NCBI GenBank assembly: GCA_963707985.1 | Contig: CAVPRW010000007.1 | Location: 32,001 to 96,000 of the forward strand | DNA from: an uncultured Nitrospinota bacterium | GTDB lineage: Bacteria; Tectomicrobia; Entotheonellia; J063; CAVPRW01 | DNA length: 64,000 nucleotides | Reading direction: 5' to 3' | In this document: one piece after another, positions 31,701 to 41,454 of the stretch | Numbering within the stretch: position 1 is the first letter of the stretch | Layout of the letters: the number at the start of each line of letters is the position of its first letter | Position numbers and translations under genes: made by a program | The notes under the pieces: generated by a model | The model's input: the letters and a program-made list of their open reading frames with translations, nothing else | Databases searched by the model: none | What the model was told of the DNA's origin: nothing

Positions 31701-34419
31701 TAGAGGCGTCATCGAGTGGGTCGATACTCGTCTACGTGGCGTGGTCACAGGGCCTTCAGGCGACGTCGCGAGCCAGCCTAAGAGCCCTGAGCACCTCGAC
31801 GCCGAGGTCTGGGGAGAGATCGAGCCACTCATGCTGCCGGAAGCGTCCGCTCCAACAAACGGTGTCGAGGTTGTGCACCGGTATACGCTCACAGCGGTTT
31901 CACAGCCTTTACCGAACGCAATCGACGTGAACGGACTCGCCATAGGGCGAGTGGTGGTCGTGACCGATGACGAACGGGGTGTTGCCCAGAGTGTGGCGGA
32001 AACACTTCAGGAGCAGGGTCAGGCGGCCGCGCTGGTACGCATGGGTGAATATACGGAGATGCTCGCGCCGGGCCAGTATCGGACCGACCTCACCACGCCC
32101 GCGACGGTGCGCGAGCTACTCGATCTCATCCGCCAGCAGCAAGGACCTGTGGGCGGCCTCATCCACCTTCTTCCTCTGCGAAATGGCCATGGTTTCGATG
32201 CGATTGAACACGCCGCTGCATACGACCGTAGCCAAACGGAAGTCAAGAGTCTGTTCAATTTGACCAAGGAGGCAAGCAAAGACCTCAGAGAAGCCGCGCA
32301 ACGGGGGGGCGCATATGTGCTGGCCGCCACCGCCATGGGAGGGACGTTTGCGAGCGTGAGCTCGGATGATGGGCCAGCATTCTTCCCAGGCCACGGCGGT
32401 GTGGCCGGGTTAGTCAAAACGGTGGCGCGAGAATGGCCAGCCGTCCGGGCGAAAGTCATCGACACCGATGGATTGGCGTCACCTAGTGATGTCGCAACGA
32501 AGGTTCTGCGGGAGATGCGCGCTGGAGATGCGGCGGTCGAGGTCGGCTATCAAGGCTCACGGCGCCTTGTGCTGCAACCAACGCTGAGTCCACTAGATCG
32601 GGAGGAAGCTCCGGCGCTCATGATCGACTCTGCGTGGGTGATTCTGGTCACCGGTGGGGCCCGAGGCATTACTGCTGACGTCGCCCGTGAGCTTGCCGAG
32701 CGATACCAGCCGACGCTCCTGCTCGTCGGCCGCACACCCCTGCCCCTCACAGAAGAAGCGCCCACGACTCAGGGGCTCGACTCGCCGCGGGACTTGAAAG
32801 CAGCCCTGATGGAGGAGATGCGCGACACGGGCGAGGCGATCACCCCGGCCAAGGTTGAAACCGCCTACAACCAACTGCTTAAAGAGCGTGAGATCCGCGA
32901 CAACTTGCGCGCGATGCAGAACGCCGGCGCAAACGTGCACTATTACCAGGTGGACGTCTGCGATGAACGAGCCTTTGGTGACCTGATCGATGCCATCTAT
33001 CACGACTACGGTCGGCTCGATGGTGTCATCCACGGCGCAGGAATCATCGAAGACAAGTTCATCGAAGATAAGATGCTGGACTCTTTCGCCCGGGTGTTCG
33101 ACACCAAGGTACGCAGCGCCTGGCTCTTAAGTCATAAGCTGAAGCTTGATGAGCTGTCGTTCCTGGTCTTCTTCTCTTCGATTTCCGGACGGTTCGGGAA
33201 TCGTGGCCAATGCGACTATGCTGCCGCCAACGAAGTCCTGAACAAGCTGGCCCTGTCGCTGGATCGACAATGCCCCGGTCGGGTGGTGTCCATCAACTGG
33301 GGCCCATGGGAAAGTGGCATGGTATCGCCCGAGCTCCAGAAGCAGTTCGCCCAACATGGCGTGGTCATCATCCCACGCAGCGCGGGGCGCAAGAGCCTGG
33401 ACCAGGAGCTGCGTTGGGGAAGAAAAGGGGAGGTCGAAGTCCTGCTCGGGGGTATCGAGGCTGGACGACTTGCAACGCCACCGGCGCCCCATGCCATGCC
33501 GTCTGAGGGGAACAGCACCTTCCCCCTCATCAGCACTGGTGCGAACCTGTCGCGGCTGGCAGACGGCTCAGTTGAGATTATTCGGCCTCTAGACCCAGCC
33601 CACGACGTTTATCTGAACGATCATCGACTCGACGGAAAACCTGTTTTCCCCATGGCGATGGCCTTGGAGCTGATGGCAGAGGCAGCTGCTGCGGGCTGGC
33701 CCGATCTACACGTGATTGAGATGAAGGAGCTACGGCTCCTCCGAGGCTTAGTGCTCGAACACGGTGCTCAGCCGGTTCGGGTGTTGGCCAAGCCTGCAGG
33801 TTCCCCTATCCGTGATGGGCTGGAAATCGAGGTCAGCATTGCCGGGGTTGCACCGCAGGCTCCGCTGCACTACAAGGCCATTGCCTGCATGGGGCCCAGG
33901 CTTCCGTCTGCTCCTGACCTCGAGGCCTTTGCCCTCAGGGATGTCGTGTCTCTGCCGTTTTCGGTGGAAGAAATGTACCGGCAATGGCTGTTTCACGGAC
34001 CGCTCATGGCGGGGATCCTTGAGATTCAAGGGATTGGGACCAACGGAATTGCCGGCGACCTGGTGCCATCCGTGCCCCAGAGTTGCCTCGGCAGACAGGC
34101 GCAGGGCACCTGGGTGATCGACCCGGTGGTATTGGACAGTGCCCTGCAGATGATCATCGTCTGGACCAGGAGGCATTGGGATATGACACCCCTGCCGTCC
34201 CGTATGCAATCCTATAAACGATTCGGAGCCCTCGCGGGACAACGGATCAATTGCCGAATGCGGATCGAATCTGATGCCGCTGGGCACATTGTGCATTGTT
34301 TTGTCGCGTTCTATGGAGAGGCGGGAAACCTACTGGGGCTGGTCGAAGATGCGGAAGGCGTATGCAGTAAAGCCTTGAACCGCTTGACACATATGAAGGA
34401 CAACCCCGAGTCGAGGTAA
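25777..34419 (+). CDS. Type I PKS (hglE/PfaA-like, probably iterative): 2x FabK/NMO-like, KS, AT, ACP, KR, DH
   Basis: GAGGAG RBS before MPNFQ; EAGG/ECGGH flavin-barrel motifs; KS DAACAAS, HGTGT, KSMIGH; AT GHSYG, AFHS; ACP LGIDS; KR GGARGI, YAAAN; DH HRLDGKPVFP, DSALQ. Confidence 0.93.
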   Translation: MPNFQVIALTLPGQPDPAVAIAATRAGGWGVLDLEYSKDRHLAVDSITQLCRYAKGECGIKLDSSNTKFCQEVITDAAEGIQVVILTFSAEHQLRRQVSALHRRQLKVLLETTSWEQAKVGQSIGVDGIIAKGHEAGGRIGEETTFILLQNIIKHSPLPVFAHGGVGLHTVGACYAAGAAGAVLDWQLALSKESALPETVRARLALVDGSETICLGNALDESYRIYARPGLPVVARAQQAERELAEDRSLRGPDVLTRWRERIRRDVGCDAVDEHLFLMSQDAAFAEPLAKQFVTTGRMVQAIQQAIDSHCQAAQQWRPFDEGSSLAQSHGTRYPIIQGAMTRVSDDAEFARAVADGGALPFLALALMRKADVEPLLAETRDLLGDKPWGVGILGFVPLELRQEQMEAIRAYRPPFALIAGGRPDQARALEQDGIVTYLHVPSPKLLEMFLQDGATRFVFEGRECGGHVGPRTSFVLWEQMNEEIIRFLASKSRAEATAYHVIFAGGIHDALSASMVAAIAAPLAELGVRVGISMGTGYIFTTEAVSTGAIVRAFQEEALKSQSTVLFETGPGHAIRCADTPYRELFNQEKRRLYAEGKPFEEVRVTLEFMNLGRLRIASKGIAQNSEYRQNPQAPRFVSVNEEDQYRQGMYMLGQVAGLRHEVCTIAELHHSVTIEATRRVEQLAPLQVPESSAEDRRQPSDIAIIGMACLLPKASNVQTYWENILNKVDAITEIPKDRWDWELYYDANRLARDKIYSRWGGFLDEVHFDPLQYGIPPNSLRSIEPLHLLTLEVVRAALKDAGYLDRPFPRERTSVILGAGGGADLGGRYGFRSMLPYFLHHTANGSGEREKIVQELSEVLPEWTEDSFAGILTNVAAGRVANRFDLGGRNFTVDAACAASLAAVDLAVRELEEGSSDMVVVGGADTMQNPFAYLCFSKTHALSPRGHCHTFDDSSDGIAISEGIAMIILKRLADAERDGDRIYAVIKGVGGSSDGKDKGLTAPRPEGQMRALTRAYAKAHVSPATVELIEAHGTGTAVGDQAEVASLSQVFSAAGAAPQSCGIGSVKSMIGHTKCTAGVASVIKIALALHHKVLPPTINVEKPNTRANFPATPFYVNTEARPWIRKQLDVPRRAGVSAFGFGGTNFHAVLEEYTGNYQEDSTRHASTRWPSELFLWRAQSPRALVDAMAPLAKALASATTEAELSQLAYTAHGLYSQQLPGDGPQLHLAIVATSVQDLQDKMARARETLSDPDSPQIVDPRGVYYTAQPMALEGKVAFLFPGQGSQQLNMVKDLALQFHTIRASLEQANDALQDVLNCSLSRYIFPPPTFTKDEEEAARAALTDTRIAQPALGAIEGGLFHLLRSFGVQPDFVAGHSYGEYVALYAAGVLNVKDFMHLSEARGRFIAESVGEDPGAMAAVECNAATVEELIGDIADVGIANFNSPSQTIISGRRASVEAAVAKLSARGKRAKQIPVACAFHSPLMVPAQKPLAEFLSSLQLSTPQVPIFSNTTAEPYPKAPKAIARRLVEHLVQPVKFLPQVEALYEAGARIFIEVGPGAVLTNRVGEIFADRSHLRLACDQPGRSALIQLQHLLGQLAAHGIPVRLDPLFAGRALEKLSLSASPTTTNSRAHSPITWVVNGTSAKPLAETVTPKAMLKSEPLQVPVDSQPSVSSANMHPQRIAPRRIAGASTSQVAAERAEAPVPAPEVTPSGDETTRGSRDEPERKDISPSPAFPPPVLPLAQSAARWGQLPLATPVASQNDVVQVMNGFQDLMRQFLDTQKSVMQTFLQSYADEAAPIAAQQLSFPPQQRLSTANQPSPSLPPPEAAAVNRTQTLSLSPLQSGPISQSRSLSPEVVVSELVPPEWESRTELEAREVTATSSLLPVTGLSQPVRPDIPDREGLTARLVAIVSERTGYPPEMLDLDLDLEADLGIDSIKRIEILGNYQKSFDFTADEDIAVIMEELAKIKTLRGVIEWVDTRLRGVVTGPSGDVASQPKSPEHLDAEVWGEIEPLMLPEASAPTNGVEVVHRYTLTAVSQPLPNAIDVNGLAIGRVVVVTDDERGVAQSVAETLQEQGQAAALVRMGEYTEMLAPGQYRTDLTTPATVRELLDLIRQQQGPVGGLIHLLPLRNGHGFDAIEHAAAYDRSQTEVKSLFNLTKEASKDLREAAQRGGAYVLAATAMGGTFASVSSDDGPAFFPGHGGVAGLVKTVAREWPAVRAKVIDTDGLASPSDVATKVLREMRAGDAAVEVGYQGSRRLVLQPTLSPLDREEAPALMIDSAWVILVTGGARGITADVARELAERYQPTLLLVGRTPLPLTEEAPTTQGLDSPRDLKAALMEEMRDTGEAITPAKVETAYNQLLKEREIRDNLRAMQNAGANVHYYQVDVCDERAFGDLIDAIYHDYGRLDGVIHGAGIIEDKFIEDKMLDSFARVFDTKVRSAWLLSHKLKLDELSFLVFFSSISGRFGNRGQCDYAAANEVLNKLALSLDRQCPGRVVSINWGPWESGMVSPELQKQFAQHGVVIIPRSAGRKSLDQELRWGRKGEVEVLLGGIEAGRLATPPAPHAMPSEGNSTFPLISTGANLSRLADGSVEIIRPLDPAHDVYLNDHRLDGKPVFPMAMALELMAEAAAAGWPDLHVIEMKELRLLRGLVLEHGAQPVRVLAKPAGSPIRDGLEIEVSIAGVAPQAPLHYKAIACMGPRLPSAPDLEAFALRDVVSLPFSVEEMYRQWLFHGPLMAGILEIQGIGTNGIAGDLVPSVPQSCLGRQAQGTWVIDPVVLDSALQMIIVWTRRHWDMTPLPSRMQSYKRFGALAGQRINCRMRIESDAAGHIVHCFVAFYGEAGNLLGLVEDAEGVCSKALNRLTHMKDNPESR

Positions 34420-34423
34420 GCGC

Positions 34424-37400
34424 ATGATCTCCCCTGAAGGGCAAGGATACTTCGATGGCAGTGCAGTCCGAGGCGATGTGGCGATCATCGGTATGGCATG
34501 CGTTTTCCCAGGCGCCCCTGATCTTGATACCTTCTGGCACAACATCGTCAACAAAGTTGACGCCATCACCGATGTTCCGCCGGAGCGGTGGGACCCCGAT
34601 ATTTTCTTCGATCCGACGTCTTTCGCCAATGATCGAGTGTACTCCAAGCGCGGGGGATATTTGACGTATCCCGTACAGTTTAACCCCGCCGATGTTGGAG
34701 TGATACCCATCACGGTCATTCACGGCGAACCGGAGCAGTTTCTGGCGCTGATGGTCGCCCATCAGGCCCTGGCCGATGCAGGCTATCTCGATCGCCCCAC
34801 GAACCGCGATCGGACGCAGGTCATCGTGGGTCGGGGCAATTACTTAAACCGTGGCATTTTGACCATGATGCAGCACGTTCGGGGGGCAGAGGACGCGCTG
34901 CGGATCATCCAGCGCTTCCGCCCTGAGTTGACTGAGGCGGAGTTGCGGGCGATTAAGGAAGAGCTCAAAGCCAGTCTTCCTATTTTCAATGCTGACACTG
35001 CACCCACACTCATTCCGAATCTCACTACAGGACGCATCGCCAATCGCCTGGATTTGATGGGGACCAATTTCACGGTGGACGCTGCCTGCGCCTCCTCTTT
35101 GGTCGCTACAGAGATTGGGGTACGGGACCTCTTGACCCGGAAGTGTGACCTGGTCCTGGTCGGCGGTATCTACGTCTCCACCGATGTAGGATTTCAGTCC
35201 ATTTTCTGCCAGCTGCATGCGTTGTCTCACCGATCACAGATTCGCCCCTTTGACAAGGATGCTGACGGTCTCCTGCTGGGAGAAGGGGCGGGTTGTATCG
35301 TGCTGAAACGTCTGGAGGACGCTGAACGAGACGGTGACCGCATCTATGCCGTGATCAAGGGCGTGGGGACCTCCAGTGATGGACGAGCCTTGGGTGTTCT
35401 TGCGCCACGAGTCGAAGGGGAGGAATTAGCCCTGCAACGCGCCTATACCATGGCGGGAATTTCCCCCAAGACGGTGCAGCTCATCGAAGCGCATGGGACG
35501 GCAACCATTGCAGGGGATGTTGCCGAGGTTCAGGCCATGACACGGGTGTTTGGCCAGCGCGATGGCCCGCTGGCGTGGTGCGCGTTAGGGTCCATCAAGT
35601 CTATGATCGGTCACCTCATGCCGGCAGCCGGCATCGCCGGGCTGATCAAAACCGCTCTGGCACTGTATCATAGGACGTTGCCGCCCACGTTGAACTTCAA
35701 AACACCCAATCCACGACTGGAGCTAGAGAGAACACCTTTTTATATTAACACCGAAACGCGCCCGTGGATTCGTGCGTCGGATCAGACGCCTCGACGAGCT
35801 GGGGTGAATGCCTTCGGATTCGGAGGTATCAATGCCCATGTCATCTTGGAGGAGTACCGCCAGAGCGAGGAGACCGACCTTCACACCCATCTGCTCCAGT
35901 GGGAGACCGAAGTCTGCATCGTGCAGGGCAGCACCCGCCAGGATCTCACCGAACAGCTGCGCCACCTCCAGCAATACCTGCAAGACGCCCCGCAAATCTC
36001 CCTGAAGGATTTGGCTTACACCCTGAACATAGAGCTCAAGCAACCATACCGTGTAGCAATCGTGGCGTCCTCTATCGACGACCTCCGGACCAAGATCGAG
36101 CGTACATTGCAACGCTTGTCGGACCATCAGCGTCAGCAGATTAAGGATCGCGACGGCATTTATTTCTTTGAACAGCCGCTGAGTCAAACAGGAAAGCTCG
36201 CTTTCCTGTTTCCAGGTGTGGGGGCGGCGTACATCAACATGCTGTCGGATTTGTGCCTGCACTTCCCAGAGGTCAGAAGCTGCTTTGACCTGGCGGATCA
36301 ACTCTTTACTCCTCGTCAGCACTCATCCCTCTTACCCAGTCAGATCATCTATCCCCCGCCTGATCCCTCCGCACCAGAACGTTCGCAGGTGCAGCAACGG
36401 CTCTGGCAAGAAGACGGTGTCTTGGAGGCTATCCATGCCGCCGATGGAGCACTCTTTGCCCTCTTGAAACGTCTCGCTGTTTGCCCCGAGATGGTAGTAG
36501 GCCACAGCTTCGGCGATTTTTTCTCACTGTTGCTGGCGGCATCTCCAGACGCGCCCAGAGAAGTCATCATCGATGCCATGGTCGCCCTGGAGCAAAGCGT
36601 CCATAACACCATCCATACGTATGATCAGCTGCGCACTGCGGGCAAGATTCCACAGAATGTCGCTTTAGTGAATGTGGGAGCGGATTCCAGCACGATATTG
36701 AACCTCTTCGAGGCCATCAACGGCCGCCTGCACATCTCCATGGATAACTGTCCTCACCAAGTGGTGGTCGTTGGCGAACAGGGAGCGATTGCGCAGTTAA
36801 CCGTATTACTGAAAGAAAAAGGCATTTTTTACGAAGAATTGCCCTTGGATCAGCCGGCGTATCACACCCCAATGTTTGAGGGAGCCCGTGGCCTGCTGGA
36901 AGACCACCAGTGGATGCCCCCTACTCACCTTGTGGCGGTCTACTCCTGTACAACTGCAAGCCCCTATCCGCGTGAGCCGGCGGCTATCCGGCAGCTCAGT
37001 GTCGAGCACTGGATGCGGCGTGTAGAATTCCGCAAGACCATTGAGGCGATGTACGAGGCAGGGGCACGGATCTTTGTCGAGGTCGGGCCGGGTGGTATTC
37101 TGACAGCCTTCGTCGATGACATTCTGCGCGGACGCCCCTACCTGGCGGTGGCCTCCAATGTGCCCCGCCGTTCAGGGATCACGCAACTCAATCACCTCGT
37201 GGGCATGCTGGCTAGCCAGAGGATTCCCTTAAGCCTTGAGTATTTGTATAAGCGCCGAGCGCCCCGACGGCTCTCGCTCGACGCGGCCCTCGACAGCCCA
37301 ACCAACGGACACAACTCTCCTGGTATGGTAGACCTGGCTCTACTGGGTACTCCCTCCCTGAAGCTCTCTCCCCAGCCTCTAGCGGTAGGAGACGTGGCAC

Positions 37401-39523
37401 CGGCTTTCCCTCCCCGGCACGACCACCATGCGACTCCACAGCCGCCAGCACAGCAGGATGGGACACTAAAAGCTAATCAAAGCCAGCGATCCAAACCAGC
37501 TACTGCAAGTCACGAAATACGACAAGTGTCCGCACCTGCGGTACCCCTGATGGCCGAAAGCACCCCACCCGCCCACGATCCCGACGGGCATGCGATAGGA
37601 AATCCTCCTCCGCCAAGCGTTCTGAGCAACGCCATGCACAGCTATCTACAGACGATGGATGTGTTCTTAGAGACCCAAGCCAATGTCATGCACCATCTCA
37701 TGGCCAGGGCACGGGGCAGCTCCCCCCCGAACCCGCAGCCTATGCAGCTGAGAGGCGGGCCCGGCCAATCGATGCACACGCAGATGCCAGCTTTTCCGTT
37801 TGTTGGCAAGATCATCTCCATGGTTCCCTCCCAAGAGGTGGTGACGTATCGGCAAATCACCCTAGCTGAGGATCGACTCCTCCACGATCATACCTTCGGG
37901 GGGCAGGTCTCGGCCGTCGATGCCACGCTCGAGCCACTGCCGGTCATCCCCATGACCATGGCCATGGAGATCATGGCCGAAACTGCTGCCCTGTTAATGC
38001 CGGAAAAACGGCTGATTGGGATGAAGGATATCCAGACCTATCAATGGATCGACCTGGAGGAGGAGCAAACTATCCTGCAAATCAGCGCCCGCCGGCGAGC
38101 TGCGGATCAGCCTGAAATTGAGGTCCGGGTCTACAACCTCGGCAAAACCGGCGAGGACAATGCCGGCAAAGGTGTCCTGGCTCTGCAAGGTATGATGATC
38201 TTCGGAGACATGTATCCGGAACCGCCTCAGGTGCAGCCCCCGACTTTGACTTCGCCCAGGCGAACCGAGTTTACCGCCAGGGAGATGTACCAGGAAGGAT
38301 TGATGTTCCACGGCCCACGGTTCCAGGGAGTGGCAGCGCTAGATGCGATCGCCGAGGAAGGCGTTGTAGGGCAACTTCTGACGCTTCCCATAGATAACCT
38401 GTTCCGCTCTACTGAGCAGCCTCACTTGCTCACCGACTTTGCTCTCCTGGATGCGGCCGGCCAACTCGTGGGCTACTGGCCCTTGGAGTGGGTGCAGACC
38501 GGGTATGTGATGTTTCCCATCAGGTTAGACGATTTGCGCATTTACGGACCCTTGCTCTCCCCAGGGCACACAGTTGTCTGTCAGGTGCAGATGCGAAATG
38601 TGCACCAAAAATATATGCGGGCAGACATCGACATAATCGGCCCTGACGGACAGCTCTGGATGCGTCTGGAGGGATGGTGCGATTGGCGCTTCTACTGTCC
38701 TGATGAGGCATACGACTTTTCCCGTTTCCCCGGGGAAATTGTGGCTAGCAAACCGATGGCCGCCGTTGTTGCTCGTTTTTCCTCGCCTGAGCAGTTTCAC
38801 TGCTGCATAGCTGAACACAGTGAGGCTTTATATTCCAAGGATGCTTTGGCTTTCTGGATCAAGATGTGGGCGCGTTTGATTTGCAGTCGCCAGGAGCGGC
38901 AAGCGTTCTACAGCCTCGGTGGGCAGGAAGAGCAGCAAATCGAGCGGCTGCTGGCGCGAATCGCGGCGAAAGATGCGGTGCGCAGTTTGTTCCATCAGCT
39001 GCATGGGACTCGCGTTCATCCTGCGGATATCGACCTGGTCGTGGATGACAGCGGCCGTCCGGAACCGCGAGGCTACTGGCAACAGGAGATTGGCTACACA
39101 CCCGCCCTGGCGCTTTCGCATGGCGGTCAGCTGGCCATTGCTATCGCTGGCCGATGCGACCATCAACGCCTTGGCGTCGACCTGCAGCTGATTGAGTCAC
39201 AAAGACCGGAATTTGAGGCGGGCGCCTTTCCTCCAGAAGAACAACGTCTCTTGGAAAGCATCGAAGCTTCAGCTCGCCTCGAATGGCTGACGCGGTTCCG
39301 GTGTGCGAAGAACGCCATCGGGAAAGGGCTCGGCTGTGGATTAAAGTATGGCCCACCGAGCGTGATCGTCAGGGCATTTGACCCGGACGCTGAGGTAGTC
39401 AAGGTAGTCCTTGGCGACAAGCTTGCCGATGAGTTCCCAGCATTGGCCGACATCTCAATGAGCGTCTACACGATCCGTCATCGGGATTTTATTATCGCAA
39501 GCACCCTGTGTGAGGGGGCATGA
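34424..39523 (+). CDS. Type I PKS subunit: KS, AT, DH, C-terminal PPTase-like domain
   Basis: KS DAACASS, EAHGTAT, KSMIGH; AT GHSFG; DH HTFGG, DAAGQ; PPTase-like RIAAKDAVR, GRP, LSH, GVDLQ. Confidence 0.92.
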   Translation: MISPEGQGYFDGSAVRGDVAIIGMACVFPGAPDLDTFWHNIVNKVDAITDVPPERWDPDIFFDPTSFANDRVYSKRGGYLTYPVQFNPADVGVIPITVIHGEPEQFLALMVAHQALADAGYLDRPTNRDRTQVIVGRGNYLNRGILTMMQHVRGAEDALRIIQRFRPELTEAELRAIKEELKASLPIFNADTAPTLIPNLTTGRIANRLDLMGTNFTVDAACASSLVATEIGVRDLLTRKCDLVLVGGIYVSTDVGFQSIFCQLHALSHRSQIRPFDKDADGLLLGEGAGCIVLKRLEDAERDGDRIYAVIKGVGTSSDGRALGVLAPRVEGEELALQRAYTMAGISPKTVQLIEAHGTATIAGDVAEVQAMTRVFGQRDGPLAWCALGSIKSMIGHLMPAAGIAGLIKTALALYHRTLPPTLNFKTPNPRLELERTPFYINTETRPWIRASDQTPRRAGVNAFGFGGINAHVILEEYRQSEETDLHTHLLQWETEVCIVQGSTRQDLTEQLRHLQQYLQDAPQISLKDLAYTLNIELKQPYRVAIVASSIDDLRTKIERTLQRLSDHQRQQIKDRDGIYFFEQPLSQTGKLAFLFPGVGAAYINMLSDLCLHFPEVRSCFDLADQLFTPRQHSSLLPSQIIYPPPDPSAPERSQVQQRLWQEDGVLEAIHAADGALFALLKRLAVCPEMVVGHSFGDFFSLLLAASPDAPREVIIDAMVALEQSVHNTIHTYDQLRTAGKIPQNVALVNVGADSSTILNLFEAINGRLHISMDNCPHQVVVVGEQGAIAQLTVLLKEKGIFYEELPLDQPAYHTPMFEGARGLLEDHQWMPPTHLVAVYSCTTASPYPREPAAIRQLSVEHWMRRVEFRKTIEAMYEAGARIFVEVGPGGILTAFVDDILRGRPYLAVASNVPRRSGITQLNHLVGMLASQRIPLSLEYLYKRRAPRRLSLDAALDSPTNGHNSPGMVDLALLGTPSLKLSPQPLAVGDVAPAFPPRHDHHATPQPPAQQDGTLKANQSQRSKPATASHEIRQVSAPAVPLMAESTPPAHDPDGHAIGNPPPPSVLSNAMHSYLQTMDVFLETQANVMHHLMARARGSSPPNPQPMQLRGGPGQSMHTQMPAFPFVGKIISMVPSQEVVTYRQITLAEDRLLHDHTFGGQVSAVDATLEPLPVIPMTMAMEIMAETAALLMPEKRLIGMKDIQTYQWIDLEEEQTILQISARRRAADQPEIEVRVYNLGKTGEDNAGKGVLALQGMMIFGDMYPEPPQVQPPTLTSPRRTEFTAREMYQEGLMFHGPRFQGVAALDAIAEEGVVGQLLTLPIDNLFRSTEQPHLLTDFALLDAAGQLVGYWPLEWVQTGYVMFPIRLDDLRIYGPLLSPGHTVVCQVQMRNVHQKYMRADIDIIGPDGQLWMRLEGWCDWRFYCPDEAYDFSRFPGEIVASKPMAAVVARFSSPEQFHCCIAEHSEALYSKDALAFWIKMWARLICSRQERQAFYSLGGQEEQQIERLLARIAAKDAVRSLFHQLHGTRVHPADIDLVVDDSGRPEPRGYWQQEIGYTPALALSHGGQLAIAIAGRCDHQRLGVDLQLIESQRPEFEAGAFPPEEQRLLESIEASARLEWLTRFRCAKNAIGKGLGCGLKYGPPSVIVRAFDPDAEVVKVVLGDKLADEFPALADISMSVYTIRHRDFIIASTLCEGA

Positions 39524-39524
39524 C

Positions 39525-39830
39525 ATGGTGGAAGCCACACGTGAGCAGATCGCTGTCGATCTAAAAAAGATCTTCAAGGACACCATGGGGGACTGGGAGT
39601 ATTCCGGTGAGATCCTCCCGGAGACCCGTCTCTTCGCTGATTTAGGATTGGAATCCATCGACATGGTGGCTCTTGGAGCAGCTATCGAGGAACATTATGG
39701 ACGGACTTTTCCCTTTGCCCAGTGGCTGTCTCAGTTGCGTGAGCAACAAGTCGATGACATCCGTGTCAATGACGTCATCCAGTTTCTCCACGACAATATG
39801 AATAGTTCCCTCGCCGGAGACCGCCCATGA
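39525..39830 (+). CDS. Acyl carrier protein
   Basis: DLGLESIDMVAL with the phosphopantetheine Ser; acidic and helical. Confidence 0.9.
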   Translation: MVEATREQIAVDLKKIFKDTMGDWEYSGEILPETRLFADLGLESIDMVALGAAIEEHYGRTFPFAQWLSQLREQQVDDIRVNDVIQFLHDNMNSSLAGDRP

Positions 39831-41433
39831 CAGAGCGTGTCCTGCTGATCGGCCTGGATGGCGGCACCTTTACGACCCTCGATCCCCTCATGGACCAGGG
39901 CATCATGCCCTTCCTGAAGGAATTTGTCGCCGCCGGTGTGCGTAGGTCCGCTGCGCTCGGTCATCCCGCCGCTGACGCCTCCAGGGTGGACCTCTTTGGT
40001 CACCGGTCGCACGCCTGGCAATCATGGAGTTATGGACTTCTTCCGGTTCGAGTCCTCTGGAACCCACTATCTCCGACTGGTGGACTCTCGTGACGTCAAG
40101 TGTGAGACGATCTGGTCCATCCTCAGTCGCCAAGGCCTGAGGGCAACCGTGTTGAATTTTCCGCTGATGACCCCGTCACGTCCCCTGGCCGGCAATGCAG
40201 TCCCCGGCTGGGCACCGTGGCGACATCTCCCGCGCCTGTGTTTCCCACGCGACCTCTATGACAAGATCAAGGCCGTCCCCGGTTTTAACGTGCAAGAACT
40301 TGCCATGGACCTGAAACTCGAGGGCAAGGCCATTGAGGGCAGCGCCAAGGAAGAATACGAGGACTGGATTCTGTTCCATATTCGGCGAGAACGGCAATGG
40401 TTCGAGATTCTACGCTACCTGATGCAGGAAGATCCCTGCCACCTGACGGCTGTGCTCTTCGATGGCGTCGATAAGCTGCAGCACCTGTTGTGGCGCTTCA
40501 TCGATCCCGCCTACGTGCCGGCGCATCCGTCGGTCTGGGAACAGCATATCCGCGAGCTTTGCCTAAATTACTTCCGCCAGCTTGATGGACTTCTGGCTGA
40601 AGCTGTCGCCATGGCCGGCCCGGACGCGTCGGTCTTCATCGCCTCTGATCACGGCTTTGGCCCCAGCACCGAGGTCTTCTATCTCAATACATGGCTCCAC
40701 CAACAAGGATATTTGGCCTGGGGAGCCGATGCTCATGAAGATACCAGTGAAGCAGGCCGGTTGGGTGTGGGCCGGGTCAGCCAAACACCGTCGATGATTG
40801 ACTGGAGCCGCACCACGGTCTATGGCCTGACGCCTAGCAGTAACGGCGTGCACATTGATGTCGCCGGTCGGAGAGGGCCCCAGGGCGTCGATCCGCAGGC
40901 CTATGAGGGACTTCGTGCTCAGGTTGCAGGATCAGTTGTGCCAATTCCGTGATCCCGCGACCGGAGAGCGTGTCGTTTCCCAGGTTTTGACGCGTGAGGC
41001 GGCGTTTCCAGGAGAGCAGATGGGACGAGCCCCCGACCTGACCCTGTCGATTAGAGATGGGGGGTTTGTGTCTATCCTCAAATCGGATGTCGGGCTGAAG
41101 CCCCGCCCAGAAGTAGTGGGAACACACCGCCCAGAGGGCATTTTCATGGCCAAAGGCCCGGGAATCCACCGCGGACTCCCTCTGTCTGAGCTCTCGATTA
41201 CCGATGTCGCACCTACACTCCTGTATACCCTGGGTCTGCCGGTGCCGCGGGATCTAGAAGGGCAAGTCGCCGAGCTGATCTTTGAGCCAGCCGCGCTGCA
41301 CCAGCGTCCAATTCGCGCTGGTGAACCGACACGTGTTCCTGAGGCATTTCCCCAATCGCCGTCTGATCAAGAAGATCAAGACGGCGAAGCCCAAGTCCTC
41401 GAGCGCCTCAGAAACCTCGGGTATGTGGAGTAG
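39827..41433 (+). CDS. Alkaline-phosphatase superfamily (nucleotide pyrophosphatase/phosphodiesterase type) protein; apparent frameshifts at ~39944 and ~40908
   Basis: IGLDG, PPLTPPGWTSL.TG..PG.HG, DKLQH, SDHGFG, GTHRPEG, LRNLGY across three consecutive ORFs, each joined by removing one base. Confidence 0.85.
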
Positions 41434-41454
41434 TTCGGAGAGAAGGTAGCCAAG

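Noticed and set aside
25777..39523. Canonical PUFA synthase or enediyne PKS
   Set aside because: No tandem ACPs, chain-length factor or FabA-type DH pair; the two-gene layout with N-terminal flavin barrels differs from PksE.
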